This document shows, piece after piece, positions 41,972-52,219 of a DNA stretch of 64,000 nt. Every line of letters starts with the position of its first letter. Position 1 is the first letter of the stretch. This stretch comes from Eledone cirrhosa (lineage: Eukaryota), in NCBI GenBank assembly GCA_964016885.1, contig OZ024740.1, forward strand, positions 119,412,001 through 119,476,000, written 5' to 3'. A program made the position numbers and the translations under genes. The notes beneath the pieces were generated by a model. That model did no database searches. It was not told where the DNA came from and worked only from the letters and a program-made list of their open reading frames with translations.

Positions 41972-44900
41972 CTTTGAGTCTCAGTCATTGATGTTATTTA
42001 ACTGGAAAGTTTGTTGAAATGAATATCAAGCCACTACCAGCAGCCTCAGATATTCAGGATGTATCGGAGGGTTCTTGCTGTTCCAAGCAAGCATTCCTTT
42101 TGAAGCGTTCCAAAAAGCGTGAAGGGGCCAATTTTCTTTAACCATCCCTGTAAACATTTTGAGATAGTACCTAGTGCGCCTATGACAATCGGGACCACTT
42201 TGACTTCATGGCAGTTCCAAATCCTTTTTACCTCCCACTTTAAGTCCTGGTATCGGTTAATTTTCTCCCTCTCCTTCTCTTGCACTCACGTGTCGAATGG
42301 GCAGGCCACATCCACAATCAGGCACGATCTTTTTTCTTTGTCCACAACCACCAGGTCAGGTCTATTGTGTTCCAGTTTCTTGTCCGTCTGTATCCTAAAA
42401 TCCCACAGCACCTTCACCTGATCGTTTTCTATCACCGACTCTGGCTTATGCTCATACCACTTCTCAGAATGTGGTAAATTGTTTACTTTGTATAGGTGCC
42501 AGTGGATCAGCCTGCCCATCACATCATGTCTCCAGCCCTTATAGTGAGTCTGGGCTAGGTGTTTACACTCGGATTCAATGTGAGCCACAGTCTCCTCTCT
42601 CTCTCTCCATAGAACCTGCACAGTGGGCTAGCCTCCTCCTTGTAAATATGGTGTTTCAAACACTTCGTTTTGAGAGCCAGCTCTTGCGCAGCCATTAACA
42701 TTCCTTCAGTAGCCTTTTTAAGGTCTCCTCTTTTCAACCAGTTCCATGTCTGTGGATCTCTGAATTCAGTTTTCTCAAAGAAGGTACTGTGAAGGGATTT
42801 TTCCTGAAGGCTGCTCTTTCTCCGTGTTGTTATTTCCTCCTTGGACATCCCCTGGTCTATTGTCCTCTCCTTCAGTACAGTTCTGATCATTGGCTCCTTA
42901 CTATCAGTCACGTATTTGTGTAGGTTGTTTTTCTCCATCTGAACACAGTCCTCTATGCTGATAAGACCTCTTCCACCTTCAGATCTCCTTAAGTAGAGTC
43001 TATCGACATCACTCCTCTTGTGGAACATGTTGTAGATAGTCAATAGCTTCCTAGGCTTCCTATCCATTTCTTTTTGTTCAGCAACATTCCATCTCATAAT
43101 TCCCGCACTGTACATAATAATAGAGACAGCTCGAGAATTTACTGCACTTATGGCATTCCTACTATTCAGATGTTACTTTAATACGCTCCTTACTCTCCGA
43201 ATGTATTCAGTTCTTATCAATTCCTTCAATTTTTTGTTCTTGATGTCATCAGCCTCCAGAACTCCCAAATATTTGTATCCTTCTTCAGTGTCAATTTCCT
43301 TTATCATCCCACCTGTTGGCACCTGGATTCCGTTACTTCTGCTCAATTTACACCTCTTCATCACAAGGACTCCACACTTACTAATACCAAATTGCATACA
43401 TATATCATTGCTGAAAATACGGACAGTGTCAACAAGCACACCCAACTCCTTCTCACTCTTCCCGAAGAGCTTAAGATCGTCCATGAAGAGGAGGTGAATG
43501 ATGGTAAGCTCTCCCTTTCCCAACTTGTATCCTGCTCTCACTTTTCGCAGTATAATGGTCAGGGGCATCAGGGCAAGGACAAACAAGAGGGGACAGACTA
43601 TCTCCCTGGAAGATACCTCTCTTGATCTTCACGCCTCCCAAGGATTCTCCACCTGATCTTAACTCTGTTTCCCAGGACTTCATACTTTTGCCCAACAACT
43701 GTCTGCTGTCATCTGCCACCCTGAAGATCTCTAGGCTTTTGGTGATCCAAGAATGAGGCACCATGTCAAATGCCTTTTTGTAGTCTATCCATCCCATGGC
43801 AAGACCAGTGTGTCTCCTCTTGCAGTTCCTCATTACCATCTTATCAATAAGTAACTGGTCCTTTGTACCACGGGACTTCTTTTGGCATCCTTTCTGTTCG
43901 TCCGGTAACAAGTTGTTTGTGTGGAGGTGATGGTAGATTTCCTCAGACATAATGCTTGTCAACAGTTTCCACACTACGGACAGACATGTGATAGGTCTAT
44001 AGTTGGTAACATCATTACCCTTGATTCGGTCTTTCCTTATCAGAATTGTGGTACCTTTTGTCAACCACTCTGATACCTCACCAGACATCAAGCAGTCATT
44101 GAACATGGTTCTCAGTTTCGGGTTAAGGGATGTTATATTTTTATTCCTATACCCATGCACACCATCCGGGCCTGGTGATTTCCAGTTGGTTAGTTTTGGG
44201 GCCTGCCCCTTAAGAGTTTCAACTGTGATACTCAAATCAGTTTGTTGGTGTGCTTGTTCACTAATCTCCCTCTGTACTGTCTCAATCCACACTGCCTGGT
44301 CATTATGTTTAACATCCTGCTCCAATATTCCTCTCCAGAATGTTTTAGTTTGTTCCGCCTCAGGGATCAAGTCGTTGCCTCTTTCTTTCCCTTCAAGCTG
44401 TCCAAACAGCATCTTCTGGTTGTTGTCAAACATGCGGTCCTGTCTATACTGACTGACTCTGCTCTCGTATCGCCTAATTTTTGCACTCTTTGCTACAATG
44501 CGTTGCTTCAGTTCCTCTATGATAATATTTAGCTTTTTCCTCCTAGTTTGTACTTTAGTTCCAGTCTATTTTTAGTGTCTATGTTTTTAGGTGTCCCATT
44601 CAGTAGGGCCTCAAGCTTTCCAATGTCATTTCTCATTTCCCTGATTTGACCACTCAGTCGTTTCTTCCACCAAGGTTCTGATCTTTCTTGTTTGTTGTTT
44701 CCTCTCGCTTTTATACCAAGTAATTTCCTCACCGTATTTGCTGTTGCTTTGAGGATATTATTGCACTGGTGAAGGCTCCTCGCCTCAAGGTATGGGATGA
44801 CTTTGTTTACCTTAGCTGTTGTTTCTTTTAACTTTTTCCTGTCTACAAATCTTAGGTTCATAGGTTTCCCACTAACATTGTTCAATTCATGTCCCACTAA

Positions 44901-46888
44901 GTTTAAGATATCTACCAAATCTTGTCCTAGCCCGTCACCATTCATCTCCTCAATGGCCGTATCTTTGTTCCAGGTATTATTTATTTCAGCATTCAGATCA
45001 TTGTCTGCTTCGGATGGTTCCTCCGTTCTCTCAACCTCTTCACCTTCATTTCCAACTGGCTCGTTTGCGTGTCATACTCCACTCTCCATTTCCAAGCTAA
45101 TCTATCTGCTCAGTTCCTCCAGTTCCAGCTCGCTTATCCACCCATTAGTTCTTCTTACCCGAGCCTGCCCGGCCAATTTTTGTTCATCTAATTTAAATAG
45201 ACCAATCTCGTTCCAGATGTTATGCATCCGTTTCCTATTGATTTTCTCCTTGGGGTTACTCTTCAGGTAACATTGCATAACAGTTCTATTCAATTCTTTC
45301 GTCCAGTTGGTTCTGGTCCCTTTCCTTCTTCTTCTTCCTCCGACACCAGCAGTATTTAGTTGACAGCCAGGTCCCTGCTGCTGAGCCAGGGAGCACCTGC
45401 TGGGTGAGTGTCTGTCACATGACATTCTAGTCTCCACTTCACCGTTATTCTAACTGTTTAGGTTCGACATTTAAACACTCTTATCGAGGATTGGTGAATG
45501 TATAGTTACATAACCACCGGTGATTTCATCACCTCCGGTGATTTCGTCACTCCTGGTGATTTTTGTGTGGCACTATCACGCTGTAGACGAACATAAATAA
45601 ACAAACGAACAAACAGGCAAAAAAAAAACAAAAAAAACAATAAGCATAAATTTTATTGTAATGTAATGTTTGAATGTCTGACTTAGTTTTTCCCTTCCCT
45701 TCTCTGTCCGTCTGTTTCTTTTTCTTTTCATTTTTCTTTTCTTTACGTTTTTCGTTGTTGCTGTGCTGCTTTTATTTTTATTTTTTTTTATTTTTATTTT
45801 TTGACCGGGTCATCAAATCAGTCTATTTATATATGTTGATGCCTTCCTCTTTTAGTGGGGACACTACGATGTAGCAGGAGGTAGTGGGAGAGAATTGCGG
45901 CGGTAGTGATAATGATGCAGTGGTGGTGGTGGTGGTGGTGGTGGTGCTGTGCTAGTAGTACTTAGCAGGAGATAGTGGGAGAGAATAGCGGCAGTAGCTA
46001 TAATGAGGTGGTGGTGGTGTGATCGTAGTACTGTTAAAGTTGAAGTAGAAATAGAAGTTGAGGTAACTTGACTAGAGTTTTCAGCGTGGTAGTGGTGGTG
46101 GTGTTGGCGGTGAAATTATCTTCGCTGTCCAGTTAGCCATTTAGCTATTTAGCTATATAGTCATTTTGCCATTTTCCTCCTTTTCGACTCTAACACTCCT
46201 GATCCAAAATTAAATATTAATACTGTTTATTAATATTGTCTAGTGATACCGCCACCTTCCCCTGTCGTATGTTAACAGAAGGTAATGGGGGAATAGCGGT
46301 GGTAGCAATGAAGGAGTGGTGGCGGCGGTGATGGGATAATGGTAGCAATGATGGATGGAGTGGTGGCGGCGGTGACTATAGTGATGGCGTTGTCGTTACT
46401 GAGTTTTGTTGGAAAGACTGTAGTTTGGTTGATCGGCGTATCTATGCGGTTAGTCGCATATGTTTAATATATGTGTTGACATATTTCTTTAATATTGGAA
46501 TTAAACATTTTGTGAAAACTTGAGACAATAATAATAGTAATTATTATTATTATGCTGGGATTTGTGGTGGTGGTGGTGAAATTGCCGTTATCTGGCTGTT
46601 GTATTTAGTATACACAGAGGGGTGATGGGATAGGTGGTGTATCTAGTATGTGGTGTTGATGAAATTGCTGTTATTTGGCTGTTCTATATAGTTTAGACAG
46701 AGGGGGTTTTCTTCCATTTATAACCATTTTCTTTTTTGAATATATAATGTATAATACAAAATTAAATATTTGAGAGATATAACAGAATATTATGGATCCG
46801 AATTTTCTGAGACTTTAATCTGGTGCTTTACGTATCATTTGTACTAAGAATTGTTATTTCACAATTGATTTAAATATGTTAAAAATCA

Positions 46889-46889
<1 letters not shown>
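41972..46889 (-). mobile_element. R4/Dong-like family A, copy A1 (near full length, multiple frameshifts)
   Basis: ORF pieces 45437 to 42046 are colinear with A2; long 5' leader; lacks the first ~45 nt of the element. Confidence 0.93.
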
Positions 46890-46945
<56 letters not shown>

Positions 46946-47031
46946 GTTATTGTTATTCCTTGAATCTCAGTCATTGATGTTGGTTAACTGGAAAGTCCGT
47001 TGGATTGAATATCAAGCCACTACCTGAAGCC

Positions 47032-50000
47032 TCAGATATTCAGGACGTATCGGAGGGTTCTTGCTGTTCCAAGCAAGCATGCCTTTTGAAGCGTTCCAAA
47101 AAGCGTGAAGGGGCCGATTTTCTTTAACCATCCCTGGAAACTTTTGGAGATAGTCCCCAGTGCGCCTATGACAATCGGGATCACTTTGACTTCATGGCAG
47201 TTCCAGATCCTTTTCACCTCCCACTTTAGGTCCTGGTATCGGCTAATTTTCTCCCTCTCCTTCTCTTGCACTCTCGTGTCGAACGGGCAGGCCACATCCA
47301 CAATCAGGCACGATCTTTTTTCTTTGTCCACAACCACCAGGTCAGGTCTATTGTGTTCCAGTTTTTTGTCCGTCTGTATCCTAAAATCCCACAGCACCTT
47401 CACCTGATTGTTCTCCATCACCGCCTCTGGCCTATGCTCATACCATTTCTCAGAATGTGGTAGATTGTTTACTTTGCACAGGTGCCAGTGGATCACCCTG
47501 CCCATCACATCGTGTCTCCAGCCCTTATAGTGGGTCTGGGCTAGGTGTTTACACTCGGACACAATGTGAGCCACAGTCTCCTCTCTCTCTCCACAGATCC
47601 TGCACAGTGGGCTGGCCTCCTCCTTGTGGATATGGTGCTTCAACCACTTCGTCTTGAGGGCCTGCTCCTGCGCAGCCATTAGCATTCCTTCTGTAGCCTT
47701 TTTGAGGTCTCCTCTTCTCAACCAGTTCCATGTCTGTGGATCTCTAAATTCAGTTTTCTCAAAGAAGGTACTATGAAGGGGTTTTCCCTTAAGGCTGCTC
47801 TTCCTCCTTGATGTTATTTCCTCCCTGGACATCCCCTGGCCTACTGTCCCCTCCTTCAGTACAGCTCTGAGCATTGGCTCCTTACTATAGGTCACGTATT
47901 TGTATAGGTTGTTTTTCTCCATCTGAACACAGTCCTCTATGCTGATAAGACCTCTTCCACCCTCAGATCTCCTTAGGTAGAGTCTATCGACATCAATCCT
48001 CTTGTGGAACATGTTGTAGATAGTCAATAGCTTCCTAGTCTTCCTATCCATTTCTTTCTGTTCAGCAACATTCCATCTCAGAATTCCCGCACTGTACCTA
48101 ATAATAGACACAGCTCGGGAATTTACTGCGCTTATGGCATTTCTGCTGTTCAGATGTGACTTCAATACGCTCCTTACTCTCCGAATGTATTCAGTTCTTA
48201 ACAATTCCTTCATTTTTTTGTTCTTTATGCCATCAGCCTCCAGAACGCCCAAATACTTGTATCCTTCCTCAGAGTCAATTTCCTTTATCATCTCACCTGT
48301 TGGTATCTGGATTCCGTTACTTCTGCTCAACCTACCCCTCTTCATCACAATGACTCCACATTTACCAATACCAAACTGCATACATATATCACTGCTGAAA
48401 ATACGGACAGTGTCAACAAGCACATCCAACTCCTTCTCACTTTTCCCGAAGAGCTTAAGATCGTCCATGAAGAGGAGGTGATTGATGGTAAGCTCTCCCC
48501 TTCCCAACTTGTATCCTGCTCTCACTTTTCGCAGCATAATGGTCAAGGGCATCAGGGCAAGGACAAACAACAGAGGGGACAGGCTATCTCCCTGGAAGAT
48601 ACCTCTCTTGATCTTCACGCTTCCCAAGGATACTCCAGTTGATGTCAACTCTGTCTCCCAGGACCCCATACTCCTGCCTAGCAACTGTCTGATGTTATCT
48701 GCCACCCTGAAGATCTCCAGGCTTTTGGTGATCCAGGAATGAGGCACCATGTCAAATGCCTTTCTGTAGTCTATCCATCCCATGGCAAGATCAGTGTGTC
48801 TCCTCCTGCAATTCCCCATTACCATCTTATCAATAAGCAACTGGTCCTTTGTACCACGTGACTTCTTTCGGCATCCTTTCTGTTCGTCCGGTAACAAGTT
48901 GTTTGTGTGGAGGTGATGGTAGATTTCCTCAGACACAATGCTCGTCAACAGTTTCCACATTACGGGCAGACATGTGATAGGTCTATAGTTGGTAGCATCA
49001 TTACCCTTGATTCGGTCTTTCATTATCAGAACTGTGGTACCTTTTGTCAACCACTCTGGCACCTCACCCGACACCAAGCAGTCATTGAACATGGCCGTCA
49101 GCTTCGGGTGGAGGGATGATAGATGTTTAATCCAATACCCCTGCACACCATCTGGGCCTGGTGATTTCCAGTTGGTTAGTTTTTTGGCTTGCCCCTTAAG
49201 AGTTTCAACTGTGATACTCAAATCAGTCTGTTGCTGTGCCTGCTCACCGATCTCCCTCTGTACTGTCTCAATCCACCCTGCCTGGGCATTGTGTCTAACA
49301 TGCTGCTCCCATATTCCTCTCCAGAATGTTTTAGTTTGCTCCGCCCCAGGGATCAAGTCGTTGCCTCCTTATTTGCCCTCAAGCTGTCCAAACAGCATCT
49401 TCTGGTTGTTGTCGAACATGCGGTTCTGTTTATACTGACTGACTCTGTTCTCGTATCGCCTGATTTTTGCACTCTTTGCTACAATGCGTTGCTTCAATTC
49501 CTCTATGATAATATTTAGCTTTTTACTCCTAGTTTTGTATTTTATTTCCAGTCTATTTTTAGTGCCTATGTTTTTTAGTGTCCCATTCAGTAGTGACTCA
49601 AGCTTTCCTATGTCATTTCTCATTTCCCCGATTTGCCCACTCAGTCGCTTCTTCCACCACGGCTCTGCTCTTTCTTGTCTGTTGTTTCCTCTCGCTTTTA
49701 TACCAAGTAGTTTCCTCACCGTATTTGCTGTTGCTCTGAGGATATTGTTGCACTGGTGAAGGCTCCTCGCCTCAAGGTATGGGATGACTTTGTTTACCTT
49801 AGCTGTTGTTTCTTTTAACTTTTTCCTGTCTACAAATCTTAGGTTCATAGGTCTCCCACTATCATTGTTCAATTCATCTACCACTAAATTTAGGATGTCA
49901 ACCGAATCTTGTCCTAGCCCGTCAGCATTCATCTCCTCAGTGGCCGTATCTCTGTTCCAGGTATTATTTATCTCAGTACTCAGATCATTGTCTGCTTCGG

Positions 50001-50424
50001 GTGGTTCCTCCGTTCTCAGGACCTCCTCACCTTCATTTCCCACCGGCTCGCTTGTCTGGCATACTACACCCGCCATCTCCAAGCCATTCTCTCTGCTCAG
50101 TTCCTCCAGTTCCAGCTCGCTTATCCACCCATTAGTTCTTATTACACGAGCCTGCCCGGCCAATTTTTGTTCATCTAATTTAAATAAACCAATCTCGTTC
50201 CAGATGTTATGCATCCGTCTCCTGTAGCCCCTCTCCTTGGGGTTACTTTTCAGGTAGCATTGCATAACAGTTCTATTCAATTCTTTCGTCCAGTTGGTTC
50301 TGGCCCCTTTCCTTCTTCTCCTTCCTCCAACATCAGCAGTATTTGGTTGACAGTCAGGTTCCTGCTGCTGAGCCAGGGGGCACCTGTTGGGTGAGAGTCT
50401 GTCACATGACGTTCTAGTCTCCAT
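47032..50424 (-). pseudogene. RT + CCHC + restriction-like endonuclease polyprotein (~1130 aa) with one premature stop
   Basis: ORFs 49369-50424 and 47032-49356 are in frame, with TAA where other copies have GAA. Motifs: Myb-like WTKELN, SPGPDG, YRPITCL, QGDSLSP, FMDD, CRIC-x8-H-x4-C, RPD..VDVAC..EK..Y. Confidence 0.95.
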
Positions 50425-50492
50425 TTCACCGTTATTCGAACTGTTTATGTTCGATATTTAAACACTCTTATCGAGGATTGGCGAATGTATGT

Positions 50493-50723
50493 TTACATAG
50501 CCATCTGTGGATCCGCCATCCCACTTGGCCCTTGTGTGGCATTATCACCACGCTGTATACGAACACACATAAACAAACAAACACACAGGCAGAAAGGGCC
50601 CCAGAAATGAATAAGCATAAGTTTCATTGTAATGTAGTGTTCGAATGTCTGACTTAGTTTTAGTTTTTTAAGTTTTACTTTTTCCCCCCTCTTCTCTGTC
50701 CGTCCGCCTGCTTCTCTCTTCAT
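50493..50723 (-). CDS. Candidate upstream ORF (76 aa): basic N-terminus plus hydrophobic segment
   Basis: Homologous 75-aa ORF at 55337-55564 differs by frame-preserving indels; A1 has the same ORF with one homopolymer frameshift. Confidence 0.35.
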   Translation of the reverse strand: MKREAGGRTEKRGEKVKLKKLKLSQTFEHYITMKLMLIHFWGPFCLCVCLFMCVRIQRGDNATQGPSGMADPQMAM

Positions 50724-50726
50724 TCT

Positions 50727-52023
50727 TATTTTCTTTACGTTTTTGGGGTTTCTTTTTTTTTGTTTTTGTTTTTCTCTGTTTGTTTTTCTCGTTTTTTGCT
50801 GTTGTTGCTGTGCTGCTTTGGTTTTGTTGTTTGTTTTTTTTTTTTTCTTTTGGGTCTATATATATATTTTGATGCCTTCCTCTTTGTTAGTAGTAGGAAT
50901 TCTATAATGTGGAAGTAGCAGCCAGCAGGGAAGTGGGAGACTGGCGGCGTTAGCGATACTGAGACAGTGGTGGTGGTGATGTCGATACCGAGGCAGTGGT
51001 GGCGGTGATGTGACCGTATTACTGTAGTGATGGTGCTGTAGCGGAGTCAAGGGGTGGTGGCGGCGGTGATGGGATAGTGGTGGTAATGATGGCCGTAGTG
51101 AGCGGTGGCGGTGAAGGTGAAAATGTGTCGTTATCTGGCTGTTGTGTTTAGTGTACACAGATGATGGGGTGGGTGGTGTATCTAGTTTCTGGTGTTGGTG
51201 AGTTTAGCTGTCCTATATAGTGTAGCCAGAGGAGAGGAGGGGAGGGGTTCTTCTTCCATTTATAGCCATTTTTTGGGGGGGGATATACAGTGTACAATAC
51301 AAAGTTGAATATTTGAATATTTGAGCCTTATAACAATATATTTTCTTTACGTTTTGAGCCTTATAACAATATATTTTCTTTACGTTTTGAGCCTTATAAC
51401 AATATATTTTCTTTACGTTTTTGGGGTTTCTTTTTTTTGTTTTTGTTTTTCTCTGTTTGTTTTTCTCGTTTTTTGCTGTAGTTGCTGTGCTGCTTTGGTT
51501 TTGTTGTTTGTTTTTTCTTTTTTCTTTTGGGTCTATCTATATATTTTGATGCCTTCCTCTTTGTTAGTGGTAGGAATTCTATAATGTGGAAGTAGCAGCC
51601 AGCAGGGAAGTGGGAGACTGGCGGCGTTAGCGATACTGAGACAGTGGTGGTGGTGATGTCGATACCGAGGCAGTGGTGGCGGTGATGTGACCGTATTACT
51701 GTAGTGATGGTGCTGTAGCGGAGTCAAGGGGTGGTGGCGGCGGTGATGGGATAGTGGTGGTAATGATGGCCGTAGTGAGCGGTGGCGGTGAAGGTGAAAA
51801 TGTGTCGTTATCTGGCTGTTGTGTTTAGTGTACACAGATGATGGGGTGGGTGGTGTATCTAGTTTCTGGTGTTGGTGAGTTTAGCTGTCCTATATAGTGT
51901 AGCCAGAGGAAAGGGGGGGGGGGGTTCTTCTTCCATTTATAGCCATTTTTTTTTTTTTTGGATATACAGTGTACAATACAAAGTTGAATATTTGAATATT
52001 TGAGCCTTATAACAATATATTTT
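50727..52023. repeat. Direct duplication (~620 bp x2) in the A2 leader, with a 33-bp triplicated junction
   Basis: ~50727-51343 repeats as ~51405-52023; 'ttgagccttataacaatatattttctttacgtt' occurs x3 at 51321-51420. Confidence 0.93.
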
Positions 52024-52160
52024 GGGTCCGAATTTACGTAGCATTTGTGCTAAGAGTTGTTATTTCACAAATGGTTTAAATATGTTAAAAATTCAAAACT
52101 TACGGGAGCGATTTCATGACCTCCGTCACCTCGTGCGTCTTCTTCTTCTTCTTCTTCTTC

Positions 52161-52195
<35 letters not shown>

Positions 52196-52219
52196 ATTAT
52201 TATTATTATTATTATTATT

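Larger units (their letters stand above)
46958..52140 (-). mobile_element. R4/Dong-like family A, copy A2 (full length)
   Basis: Complete 5' leader, single ORF and short 3' UTR; bounded by (TAA)n and (GAA)n(TAA)n. Confidence 0.95.

Noticed and set aside
50856-51835. His/Pro-rich 100-aa ORFs in the A2 leader
   Set aside because: Low-complexity CAC repeats, duplicated only by the leader duplication; frame is not kept in A1 or A3.
52020-52160. HDV-like ribozyme at the family A 5' end, as found in R2 and some other RLE elements
   Set aside because: Could not build the P1/P2/P3 pseudoknot by eye here or at the 'tcctcg' near 50475; an RNAmotif/RNArobo scan would be needed to exclude it.
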